From: Candidatus Dormiibacterota bacterium
GTDB lineage: Bacteria > Chloroflexota > Dormibacteria > Aeolococcales > Aeolococcaceae
DNA length: 64,000 nucleotides
Assembly (NCBI GenBank): GCA_963751755.1
Contig: CAVVVH010000006.1
Coordinates: forward strand, 91,224 to 155,223
Direction of reading: 5' to 3'
How positions within the stretch are numbered: position 1 is the first letter of the stretch; each line of letters opens with the position of its first letter. Shown here in pieces: positions 36,292 through 46,889 of this stretch. Below the pieces are notes generated by a model, which was not told the origin of the DNA, made no database searches, and saw nothing but the letters and a program-made list of their open reading frames with translations. Position numbers and translations under genes: made by a program.

Positions 36292-36934
36292 CACCGCGCC
36301 TGGGATGATCAAATCATGACGCCCCGGCGATCGTCGTCGGTGCTCCATCCGGCCCCGGTCAAGTCGAGATGTGAATAGCCTTCAGCTCGACCGGTGTGCC
36401 AGCACGAATGCTGTTCGGGATCTCAGCGATACGATCCACATGCCCAACCAACTCGCGCAGCGTCTCAGGTGGAGCATTGCCCGAGATCTCGACTTCGTAG
36501 CCCACCACCGTCGAAACAGCCGGTGAACCGATGAAGTCGCCGGTCACCCTGACGACCACTCGATCGAGGGCGACGCCCATCGCAGCAGCCTCTCGGAACA
36601 GGTCGTTCGAGACGCAACCCGCAACGGCGAGATACAACAATTGACCACCGTTGAAGCCGCGTCCGCCACCACCCGCTTCGACAGGTCGATCGACGACGAG
36701 CGTAAAAGGACCGGCAGCACCCACTGCGGTCACCTGCCCAGACACATTGCGAATCTCGACGTCGAAGCTCACGGGACCGCGCGATTCTAGGCTGACCGCT
36801 CGGAACGGTGTGCAGACCGCCCCGCCATCTACGTGAGACGCGATTCTTTCCAGTCGTGGCAGGGCCGTCAACAAACAGGCACCAGACCACCTGGCGGGCG
36901 GCGGTGTCGCCGACCGGACTGCACCGCGCCTGGG
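36292..36934. repeat. 13-bp direct repeat pair flanking the osmC-family gene
   Basis: CACCGCGCCTGGG at 36292-36304 and at 36922-36934. Confidence 0.55.
36359..36772 (-). CDS. OsmC family protein
   Basis: VDRP..AGGGGRGFNGGQLLYLAVAGC; lower GC than the flanks. Confidence 0.85.
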   Translation of the reverse strand: MSFDVEIRNVSGQVTAVGAAGPFTLVVDRPVEAGGGGRGFNGGQLLYLAVAGCVSNDLFREAAAMGVALDRVVVRVTGDFIGSPAVSTVVGYEVEISGNAPPETLRELVGHVDRIAEIPNSIRAGTPVELKAIHIST

Positions 36935-36953
36935 GATCTACTGTTGCGCCCTG

Positions 36954-37190
36954 ATGGACGACCCGGTCGCCTTTCCCGTCCTCGACGACTCTGAGCTCGC
37001 CCTGCTGGGCTCGCTCGGTATCCGACCGTCGGTGGTAGCGGCGAATACCTCTATCGCGAGGGAGACGCGACCTACGATTTCTTCGTCATCCTGTCCGGGG
37101 CCGCGGAGGTGGGGTTCATTCCGACGGCGAGGAGCGGACCATCACCCGGCACGGTCCCGGTCGGTTGCTCGGCGAGCACGCCTCTGAGCG
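36954..37190 (+). pseudogene. Truncated cNMP-binding N-terminus of a cNMP-domain thioredoxin-reductase-like gene
   Basis: AFPVLDDSELALL...GEYLYREGDATYDFFVILSG across frames, ending within ~240 bp at a convergent gene. Confidence 0.55.
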
Positions 37191-37238
37191 CCAGTCACCC
37201 TGGCGTCCGCAGGGGGCGGGTGAAGGTCGGGAGCTCGG

Positions 37239-39393
37239 CTACGCGCGCAGCTGGCGTCGCCTCCATTGCCGGAGCGCTCCTGCGCCGACCCCCAGCAGCA
37301 CGACGGCGACAGCCGAGTACACGGCGGTCAGTGGAAGACGGATTGCCGCCGGCTGGATGGCCGTGGCGCCGGTGCCCGGATGCTCACCAGCGACCGCGGA
37401 TGCGTGCGCGGCAGCTGGTCGTGCGCCGGCGTGTGCGGGCGCGGACTGCGCGGCGGTGGCATGCGCTGCGGTGGCGACCGCCAGCGCGCCGTCGGCGCCG
37501 AGGTACACGCGCGACGGGTGGGCGCGGTCGAAGTACACGGTGGTGACGCCGCCGACGGAGTTGGCCAGCGTCGACAGCGTTGGGTCCCTGGTGGGGGAGG
37601 TCGGCGGTGGTCAGAGCGATGCGCAGGCGATGGCCTGGCTGGAACGCCACCGACGTCGGGAACACCTCCACCCTCACCTCGGTGGGCGTTGCGCTCAGCG
37701 GCACCTGCGACGCGCGCGTGTACGGGTGCCACGGCACCACCGGCACGTTGCCGGACGCGGAGTACACCGAGCAGTCCATCACCCTGGCGCCGCAGGGCGT
37801 GGTGGTCACCGCGCGCAGCGACGCCACCAGCGAGCCGGCGGTGACGCGCGACACGGTGCCGTCCGGCAGCACGTCGCCGACCGTGACCGTCAGCGTCGTG
37901 TCCGGCCTCGTCGAGCTGATCCAGAGGTCGGCCATGATCGGGCCCGAGACCGGGTACGCCTTGCTGAACGTGGGGCTCGTGAACGTGAGCCCGGTGAGCT
38001 GCGCGCTGGTGTCGTCAGTCGGGCAGCTGCCCGCCGCCACCAGCCCCGCGGTCCACTGCGTCGTCGAGCGCGAGCACGCGCCGGTCACGGCTGCCACGGG
38101 ACGGACGCCGAGCCCGTGTCGCGCCGGGGAGTGGCGAGCGAGCCGTCGTACAGGCTCTTCGCGCCCGAGCCGGACGGCGACGCGCCGAGGTACCACGGCT
38201 GGTAGTGCTCGGCCGCGTACGGGAAGCCCGGGGTTCGGAGTGCCACTGGTTGGAGCCCTGCTGGTAGGTCTCGACGGTGGGGAAGCTGTCGACGCCGTTG
38301 CTCTTGCCCTTGAGCCAGTGATCGAACCACGCCAGCGAGAGGTTGTTGGTGGACGGGATGAGCGTGCCGTTGGCGTCGTGAACCGGCGACGAGCCGTCGT
38401 CGGCGGTGAGGTTGGTCGACGGGTTGCCGTGGTACCACGGGCCGTACAGCAGCTTCTTCTGCGTGGTGGGCAGGCCGAGTCCGCGATACAGCAGCGGCTC
38501 GCCGCGCTGGAAGAGGTCGTACTCGCCGCCCACGATGAACGTCGGCACGTGCACGTTCTGGATGCGGCTCAGCGGGTCGACGTTGCGGTAGTAGGGGCCG
38601 TCGTACGCCTGGTCGGGATAGGTCTGCAGCTGCGGCGGCAGGCTGCTCTCGTACTGACCGAGCGTGCTGTCGGCCACCGCCGGCGCGGCGAACCTGGCGA
38701 CGTCGATGAGGTGCTGCGACTCCGCGTTGAGCGCGATCGCGGGCTGCGTCGCGGCGTCGTCGCTCGGCGCGGCGCCGAGGGAGGTGACCAGGCCGAGCCA
38801 CAGCGGGATGAAGCCGGTGTCGGTGTTGCCGCCGGCGAAGGTGACGTCGCGGTAGGCGTCACCCATGGGCACGATCGGGAAGATCGCCTTGACCGCCTCC
38901 GTGCCCGGCTGCTCGACGGTGAGGAACTGGTTGATGGCGCTGTAGCTCACGCCGGCGAGGCCGATGGTGCCGTTGGAGAAGGGACGGTGCGCGGCCCACT
39001 GCACGAGCTGCGACGCCGTCCTGCTGCTCGGGTGTGCCGAACGATGTCCAGTAGCCCTCGCTCGAGCCGGTGCCGCGCACGTCGACCACGATCTCCGCGT
39101 AGCCGTGCGACGGGAAGTACGGGTTGTACTCGGCGACAGCGGTGTCGCTCTTGCGATACGGCGTCTGCACGAGGATCACCGGGCACGGGCACCCGGTGGT
39201 CGGCACGTACTCGTCGGAGTCGAGCCTGACGCCATCGCGCATGGTGATGCGCACGTCGGCTGTCTTGGTGAAGGCGGTGACCGGGTCGCGTGGTGCCCGC
39301 CGCCGCGACATGCGATGGGGAGAAGACCGCCGCGCTGGACACCAGGGTCACGGCGCCCACCAGCGCCATCAGTGCTCGACCAAGCTTGCTCAT
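37239..39393 (-). CDS. Secreted CocE/NonD family hydrolase with C-terminal sortase-like anchor (frameshifted)
   Basis: Signal peptide; ITMRDGVRL, QTPYRK, DVRGTGSSEG, GVSYSA, GPWYHG, FQPGHRLRIAL; tail LPLTA plus TM plus RRR. Confidence 0.85.
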
Positions 39394-39523
39394 GGGGGAC
39401 CTCAGCAACCGTCTGAGCGGTCCGGCGTCGCCCACGAGCTGCGCCGGCTCGCATCGCCGGCCCGCTGGCCGGCACCCGGTTAACGTCGGCCCCGCGCCCG
39501 GCCTTGCGCCGGCGGGCCGGCGC

Positions 39524-40405
39524 TCAGATCGGGCCGGCCGACCCCGATCGGGTTGGGGTAGATGAGCCCGCCCTCTCCCTCCAGCCGCGCGGCCAGCCCG
39601 GCGAGCAGCGCGAAGAGGCGCTCGCGCCGCGTCGGCTCGGGCAGGCTTTCCCACGGGCCGGCGGCGAGCCTGTCGGTGGCCTGCTCGACGGCGCCGCGCA
39701 GCTCCCGTCCGGCCGCGGTGAGCGCGCCTGACCTCGTCGAGCACGCCGCGCTCGCGCAAGGCGCTCGCCGCCCGCGGCCCACTCGTCCTCCGTCCATCCT
39801 CGGAAGCTGCGCAGTGTGCCGGCGTCGACACTCTAGCCGGCGGCGACCGCGATGCAGCAGCGCGGCGAGGCCGTCGACGTCGTGGACGGTGAGCGCGGCG
39901 ACGTGGCCGTCGAAGCGGTGCTCGCGGAGCAGCGTGCACGCGTGCCACAGGGCCAGGTGCGGCGCCTCGGGCATCGCCAGCCCGGCATGTCCGGCGAACA
40001 GTGGCCGGCCGTCGGCGCGCAGCTCGCCGGCCACCGCCGTGGCGAGCTCGCGCCGCCTCCCTCGACCTCCGTCGGAGTCCGGTCGCGTCGCCCCACAGAC
40101 GGCGCAGCGCCGCGTCGGCCACCGCCAGCGCGGGCGTCGAGCACGCGCGTCGGGCGTCGAGTAGCGGCCAGGCGTCGGGGATGGCGCGCGCGCACCATGG
40201 CCGGCTGGAAGTTGTGGAAGACGGCGGTGACGACCTCAGCGCTCACCGCGCCCATCGGCGCCGACCGAGACGCGAAGTAGCCCATCCAGCCGCCGCGCAG
40301 CCCGGCCGCCGTGTAGCTGGGTCGCGCTTCGGGAGCGAAGTACACGATCGCGTGGATCGGCTCGAACAGGGTCCAGGCCCTGCGCGACAGGCTGGTCTGC
40401 GGCAC
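39524..40405 (-). CDS. SCO6745 family protein (frameshifted)
   Basis: EPIHAIVYFAPE, YFASRSAPMG, LWHACTLLREHRFDGH. Confidence 0.8.
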
Positions 40406-40481
40406 CCGCGCAGTCTGACAAACTGGTCATGCGCGCTACCAGGGCGGGCAGCATGACCGTTGTTGCCAGGAGGAGTCGACC

Positions 40482-40774
40482 ATGGCGGGCTCGGAACCGG
40501 AGGACGACGACCCCATCGCCGAGGAGGCCAAGCGCGCCCGCGAGGATCCCGACCGGAGCCTGCTGCCGTCCAACGACGGCCTCGGGCCGGGCGCGGGTGA
40601 GACGCCCGCCGGCGGACGTCACCGCGGGGAGCGTCGAGCCGCCAGGACGCTGCGCCCGACGTCACCAGCACGCCGAGCATCGGCGCGCCGCCGCGCCGCA
40701 CCGAGCGTCCGGACTTCCGCTCCAGCCAGCTGGACGGCGCGCCCGGAAGAGGAGGACGAGCCGAGGACCGCTAG
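40482..40774 (+). CDS. Small acidic, low-complexity hypothetical protein
   Basis: RBS AGGAGG; MAGSEPEDDDPIAEEAKRAREDP; end uncertain. Confidence 0.45.
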
Positions 40775-41224
40775 GCGGCGGGTTCGGGCTCGCCGGTGCC
40801 GCCGTCGCTCGCCGCGCTGCCCGGCCGGCGTCGCCTTGGCGAAGCGCAGCGCCGCGGAGTTGATGCAGTAGCGCTGACCGGTGGGCTCGGGACCGTCCGC
40901 GAAGACGTGGCCGAGATGGCCGCCGCAGCGCCCGCAGCGCACCTCGGTGCGCGGCACGATCATCTTGAAGTCACGGTGCTTCTCGATGATCTCCGGGTCG
41001 GCGGGCGCGTAGAAGCTGGGCCAGCCGCTGCCGGAGTCGTACTTGGTGCTCGAGTCGAAGAGCTCCGCGCCGCAGCCGGCGCAGAGGTACTGGCCGGCGG
41101 CCTCGACGTGGACGTACTGGCCCGTGCCGGCGCGCTCGGTGGCGCCGCGACGGAGCACCGCGTACTGCTCAGGGGTGAGCTGGTCGCGCCATTCCTGGTC
41201 GGACTTGACGACTTTCTCGGTCAT
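40771..41224 (-). CDS. msrB: Peptide-methionine (R)-S-oxide reductase
   Basis: EWR..LTPEQY.VLR, CAGC, SGSGWPSF, CGRCGGHLGHVF.DGP, RYCINSAAL. Confidence 0.96.
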
Positions 41225-41272
41225 GCCTCAACGGTAGACGATGCCCGGTCGTCGACGGCCCTCTCGAGCGCG

Positions 41273-42497
41273 TCAGGCGCCGGAGCCGCGCCACTCCCGG
41301 CGTCGCCATGGCTCCGCGGCGAACGACGCGCGCACCGCCTCGCGCACCTGCGGCGTCGGCGATGACGTCGGCGCCGGTCAGGGCGAGCGCCGCGGCGCCG
41401 CGCAGCATCACGTCGTGGGCTGCCTCGGTGGCCGCCGCCTCGCGGAACTCGTGCGTGTGGCAGGACACGCCCTCCTCGGTGATGGCCACCTCGGGATGGA
41501 TCGTGGGACAGGCGTACGAGAGGTCGCCGACGTCGGTCGAGCCGACGCGCTCCCAGGGCGTCGGCCACCATCGGCGTCGAGCCCGACCGCCTCGAGGTGC
41601 GCGTGCCCGCGCTCGGCGAGCGACGCGGTTGGAGCGCAGGTCCTTGTACGTCTCCTCCTGCACCAGCTCGAGCGTGCACCCGGTGGCGCTCGCCGCGGCC
41701 TCGAAGATGGCGCGGAAGCGGACGTTCATCTCGTCGAGGTACGCGGCGTCGCGGGCACGCGTGAGGAACTCGCCGCTGGTGCGCTCGGGGATGATGTTGG
41801 GCGCGGTGCCGCCCTCGGCGATGAAGCCGTGCACGCGGGCGCCGTCCTTGAGCTGCTGCCGCCACAGGGAGATGCCGTTGTAGGCGTGCACGAAGGCGTC
41901 GAGCGCGTTGAGGCCCTGGTCGGGGTCGCCCGCGGCGTGCGCGGCGCGCCCGGTGAACGCCCACCTCCAGTGCGTGCAGGCCAGCGCCCACATCACCGCC
42001 ATGGTGCGGTCGGTGGGGTGGAGGATGAGCGCGGCGTCGCAGTCGTCGAAGACCCCGTCGTTGACCAGCGGGATCTTGCCGCCGCCGCCTTCCTCGGCGG
42101 GGCTGCCGACCACGCGCACGTGGCCGGCGATGCCGCTGTCGCGCAGCGCGTGCAGCAGCGCGATGCCGGCGGCCGCCGACGCGGTGCCGATGAGGTTGTG
42201 ACCGCAGGCGTGTCCGAGCCCGCGCAGCGCGTCGTACTCGCACACGAAGGCGACGCGCGGACCGCCGTCGCCGCTCTGCGCGTCGGCGATGAACGCGGTG
42301 GGCATGCCCGACACGTCGCGGCGCACATCGAACCCCTGCGACTTGAGCAGGCCGCACAGGGTCGCGCACGCGCGCGTCTCCTCGAAGGAGGTCTCAGGGT
42401 GCGAGTGGATGTCGAGCGACACGTGGCGCAGCTCGGTGCGCTGCTCGTTGAGGACCGCCTGGATGCGAGCGGCTACGGAATCGATGGCGACGGACAC
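41273..42497 (-). CDS. M20 family amidohydrolase (AbgB/PM20D2-like)
   Basis: IHSHPETSFEE, EYDAL.GLGHACGHN, PAEEGGGGK, GRAAHAA, GSTDVG. Confidence 0.9.
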
Positions 42498-42541
42498 TGC
42501 ATACCTCCCGCGCGATGGTCAGCCGGCTACTGGCGCCGACC

Positions 42542-42775
42542 TCAGGGACTGACGCCTGCGCCCGGCGGCGGTTGCGCGCCGCCCGGCGAGGAGAGGTTGC
42601 CGCCCGGCGTGGTCTGCACGGAGTGGAGCTCGATGCCGCCGGCGAAGTGGATGAGCAGCACGACCACAACGACGATGACCACGATGACCGGGACGCAGGA
42701 TGGCGAGCAGCCGCTGCGCCGAGGGTCGGGCGGCGCTGCTCGACGGGGGCGGGGGGGTCGCTGCCACGCGGTCAC
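42542..42775 (-). CDS. Small single-TM hypothetical protein
   Basis: Basic N-terminus, hydrophobic VPVIVVIVVVVVLLI, Pro/Gly tail. Confidence 0.5.
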   Translation of the reverse strand: MTAWQRPPRPRRAAPPDPRRSGCSPSCVPVIVVIVVVVVLLIHFAGGIELHSVQTTPGGNLSSPGGAQPPPGAGVSP

Positions 42776-42812
42776 ATTAGCCCACCGGCGGCCGCCGCGG
42801 TGAGCCGGCGGC

Positions 42813-43795
42813 TCAGGCTCCGTCGTACCTCTGCGCGCCCTGCGCGGAGCGTGGCGGCGACGTGCTGCGCGCAGCGACGGCTGGCGCGATCACCTCGACC
42901 GAGCCGCCCCAGCCCAGCACCCACGAGCGCATCTCCACCTCGCTGGCCACGCGCAGCCGCGCCTCGATGTCGCCGTCCGTCGCGCTCGGTGATCTCCGCG
43001 CCGCGGTGCCAGAGCGCCTCGCGGGCGCGCTCGGCGATGGCGCGGTCGAAGCGGAGCACGACGTCGTCCTGGCCGGGCGCCTGCCAGATCCCCCACGAGC
43101 CGCTCACCACCGCGTCGATGTCGAAGTCGTCGGGCACCGTGAACGTCTGCGCGAGCAGGCGCGCGCTGCGCACGCGGTCGATGCGGAACGGGCGCACCTC
43201 GCCGGAGAGGTCGTCGTGGGCGAAGATGTACAGCGTGCGGCTCTCGGCGCGCGGCTCGAGGAAGTACGGGCTGAGCACGCGGCGGGTCTCGCGCCCCTCG
43301 GCGTCGCGGTAGGCGACCTCGACGCTGCGGCGGCGCACGAAGGCGTCGACGATGACGCGCTCCACCTCGTGGCGCTCGCCGCGCGCGGGGCGTCGCTCCG
43401 ACGCGGCGATCAGACCCTGCAGGTAGCGCGTCACCACCGGCACGCTGAGCGCGCGCGCCAGCTGCGCCAGCGCCCCGATCAGCGCCGGCTCCTGCTCGGA
43501 GCGCATCTGCTGCATGGCGCGCACCGCGAGGAGCAGCTCGGTCGCCTGGTAGTGGTCGAGCTGCATCGCCGGCAGCCGGCTGCGCGAGCCGATGCGAAAG
43601 CGCCCGTCGACCTCCTCGATGTCGATGCCGGCGCTGTCGCGCAGCGTGCTGATGTAGCGCTGCACGGTCCGGGTGGTCACCTCGAGCTGGTCGGCGAGCT
43701 GGCGCGTGGTCAGGCCCGGCCTGCGTGTCCGACAGTCGCTGGAAGAGCTGGATGACCCGGAGGAACTTCTCGCCGCTCTCGTAGCGCTGGCTCAT
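42813..43795 (-). CDS. HTH-WYL-WCX transcriptional regulator (PafB/C/YafY-like; frameshifted)
   Basis: LADQLEVTTRTVQRY HTH; RRVLSPY...LYIFAHD...RPFRIDRV WYL; WVLGWG..VEVI WCX. Confidence 0.88.
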
Positions 43796-43798
43796 GCG

Positions 43799-44471
43799 TC
43801 AGGTGAGCACGTTGACCGCACGCCCGGCGACCAGCGCGACGGTGAGCAGGGAGGCGACGCACTGCACGCTCATCAGCGACTTGGCCTTGCGCGTCAGCGG
43901 CATGCGTGTCGGTGGGGCTGAACGCGGTGGCGTTGGTGAGCGAGACGTACATGTAGTCGACGAAGGTCGGGCCGCCACCCGGGCGGCGCCTTGTCGGGGG
44001 CGTTCATCTGCGGGAAGAGGAAGTCGCGGATACCGGACCTGCCGCCCAGCCGCGCCGCCGGGCCACCGCCGTCGAGCTCCCAGTACCAGAGCCCGAAGAC
44101 GATCACGTTGGTGAGGTAGATCTCGATCGCCGCCAGGATGAGGTTGCGGCCGGTGATGTGCGAGCCGCCGAGGAGCACGTTGACCAGCAGGCCGAGCGAG
44201 GCGACGTTGCCGAGGTTGGCAAGCGCGATGAGCACGATCGCGGCCATCCGGCTGCGGCCCGACTCGCCCGCGTGCCGGTGCGGCCGGGCGACGGTGAGGG
44301 GGACAAGGATGGCGCCCTCCAGGACGGGGAGCACCCAGCTGGGGCCGAGCACGAGCGAGTCCGGCAGGCTGAGGTACAGCACGATCGCGACGAGGATGGC
44401 GAGCGTCGCGGGCCAGCGCGCCTCGAGCAGTGCGCGATCGGACGGCGGGTGCCGGGGGATTCGCGCGGCAT
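43799..44471 (-). CDS. DUF1345 membrane protein
   Basis: FGLWYWELDGGGP, DFLFPQM, FVDYMYVSLTNATAFSPTD. Confidence 0.85.
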
Positions 44472-44518
44472 GCCCGCGACGATACGTGACCCTGCGCTGC
44501 GCGACCGTGCCGGGCGGG

Positions 44519-45024
44519 CTACTCGCCCTGGCAGCCGCCCGCGAGCGACGCGGAGGCGGGCAGGCGGGCGAGGATGGCGTCGGAGATGCGCCCGAGGTCG
44601 GCGACGTCGGCCTCGGACAGGCCGTCGAAGAGGTGGGCGCGGATGTGCTCGACGTGGCGGGGAGCGGCGGCAGCCAGCGCGTCGTGGCCCGCGTCGGTGA
44701 GGATCGCCAGCCAGCCGCGGCGATCGCTCGGGCAGGTGGCTCGCTCCACCCAGCCGAGCTCGACGAGCCGCTCGACGGCGTGGCTGATCCGGCTCGGTGA
44801 GCTCAGCGTGGCCTCGGCGAGCTCGTTCATCCGCAGGGTCCGCCGCGGCGCCTCGGAGAGCACCACGAGGATCTGCGTACGTGCCCGCGGCCATGCCGGC
44901 GTCGCGGGAGAGGTCGCGGTCGAGCTGGGCGAAGAGCAGCCGCGCCGCCTGGCGGAAGGAGCGCCAGGTGCGCTGCTCCTCGTCGGTCAGCCAGCGGGAC
45001 GGTTGGGGTGGTCGCGGTGGTCAC
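44519..45024 (-). CDS. MarR family transcriptional regulator (frameshifted)
   Basis: WLTDEEQRTWR, LRMNELA...SPSRISH, CPSDRRG...LT..G. Confidence 0.88.
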
Positions 45025-45048
45025 ATGAGGAAGTGTACACGAAAAAGT

Positions 45049-45109
45049 TTGACATCTCAACTTCTTGGTGATAGTCTACGCAGCAACAGTTGAGCATTCA
45101 AAAAAGGAG
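45049..45109 (+). promoter_or_regulatory. Sigma70 promoter of the yceI-family gene with two TTGA-N4-TCAA operators
   Basis: TTGACA 45049-45054, 17 bp, TAGTCT 45072-45077; TTGACATCTCAA 45049-45060; TTGAGCATTCAA 45090-45101; RBS AAGGAG. Confidence 0.8.
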
Positions 45110-45116
45110 CATCGAA

Positions 45117-45702
45117 ATGACTGTCACCGCGATCCCCACCCAGGCTCTTCCCCAGATCGACGGCTACACCGCCGGCCGCTGGGTCATCGACCCCGTCCAC
45201 TCCGACCTGTCCTTCACCGCCCGCCACCTGATGGTGAGCAAGGTCCGCGGCCACTTCCGCGACTTCGACGGTGAGGTCGTGCTCGCCGACAACCCGCTCG
45301 AGTCGCAGGTCACCGCGAACATCCGCGTCGGCCTCGATCGACACCAACAACGAGGGCCGCGACAACCACATGCGCTCCGGCGACTTCTTCGACGCCGAGA
45401 ACCACCCGACCGCGACCTACCGGTCGACCGGCGTGCGCCTCGAGGACGGCGAGTTCATCGTCGACGGCGAGCTGACCCTCCGCGGCGTCACCCGCTCGGT
45501 GCCGCTGACCGTCGAGGTCAACGGCTTCGGCCCGGACCCCATGGTCGAGGGCGGCAGCCGTGCCGGCTTCACCGCGCGCGGCCGGATCAACCGCAAGGAC
45601 TTCGACATCAACTTCGGCGGCGTCATGAACGGGGTGACCGTGGTCAGCGACCACATCGACCTCACCCTCGAGATCGAGGCCAGCCGGGCACTCCAGGCCT
45701 GA
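45117..45702 (+). CDS. YceI family protein (frameshifted)
   Basis: WVIDPVHS..F..RHLMVSKVRG.F, SIDTNNEGRDNHMRS.DFF, GELTLRGVT, INRKDF. Confidence 0.92.
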
Positions 45703-45722
45703 TCCGACACTCCCCTCACCGA

Positions 45723-45755
45723 GGCCGGCGACAGACTGCTGTCGCCGGCCCTTTT
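45723..45755 (+). terminator. Rho-independent terminator after the yceI-family gene
   Basis: GGCCGGCGACAG/CTGTCGCCGGCC stem followed by CTTTT. Confidence 0.8.
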
Positions 45756-45969
45756 CATGCTCGGCGCATGGAGCACGACCGCGCCACTCGATCGACCGGC
45801 CACCGCCCGGCCACTACCAGGGGCGGCTCACCACCGTGATCGGCGGCCTCCCGGCGCGCGCGATGCCAGCCCTGGCGCCGCGCTGGCAGCCCGCGCCCGC
45901 GCCGCGGCGGCTGGTCGTTCCGGTCGCGGCGCCGCCGCACCGGCCAGCTGGCCCTGCCGCTGGAGTCCG

Positions 45970-46805
45970 TCAGGGGATGACGTTGATCGCTGTGAGGACG
46001 CGCGCGGCGAGCTCCTCGTCGCCGTCCACCGTCGACGTCACCGCCGGCGATCGCCGCGGCGGCGTCGCGGCGGCCGGTGGCCACGCGAAGGAACACGGCG
46101 GGGGAGGCGCGAAGGTGCAGCGTCGCCTCTCCCGCGCCGGGGTCGGCGGGCACGCCCCGGCCCGCCCTCCACCCGCGCGGCGGCCGCACCGCGGCAGCGG
46201 CGGCCCGATGTCGACGGCCACGATCTCGCCCTCGGCCGCGCCGCCCTTGGCGGCGCCGCGCGGCAGCAGCATGAGCATCTCGTCGAGCACCCGTCGCCCC
46301 GACGGCGTGTCGACGACCGCCTCGAGGTCCAGGCCCAGCGCCTCGGCGATGTCGAGCTCGTGAACCACGTAGTCCCACAGACCGGGTGCCGATGAAGCGA
46401 CCCGAGCGGGACGAGCCCGCCGCGCGGGGACGGCACCTCCTCGCGCGAGCGCCGTCCTCGTCGAGGGCCGTCGAGCTGGGCGAGCCGCTCCGCGGTGGTC
46501 TCGCGGAACTCGGCGAGCACCTGCGTCGCCCGGTCCAGCCGCGGCGCCGGTCGACGAGGCGCTCGTTGAGCTCACCGAGGGGGTTGCGGACGTGGTCGGT
46601 GACGGCGCGCCTCGTGCGCCGGCTCGTCGCGGCCGAGGAACATGGCCTCGAGGGAGGCGAGGTGCGCGACCACGTCCTTGACGTCCCAGCCGGGCAGCGC
46701 GGTGGGCTTGCGCCAGCCGCTCTCGTCGAGCGGCGCGCACATCGCGTCGATGCGCGCACAGCAGCCGGCGATGGCGTCGATGGTGGACGCCTGGCTGTTG
46801 GGCAT
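45970..46805 (-). CDS. Maleylpyruvate isomerase (MDMPI/DinB-like) family protein (frameshifted)
   Basis: PTALPGWDVKDVVAHL, WDYVVHELDI, SCP2-like C-terminus. Confidence 0.8.
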
Positions 46806-46889
46806 GCCGCAGCCTAGCGCAGCGCCGCCGACCGGTCTGCGGCGACGCCGAGCCGGTGAGCGACGCACGGGTGCGGGATCATCGGCGTG

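Noticed and set aside
36188-37240. Prophage or ICE at tRNA-Gly
   Set aside because: No integrase and no duplicated tRNA 3' end seen
45757-45970. Possible small ORFs after the yceI terminator
   Set aside because: No recognisable motif or consistent reading frame
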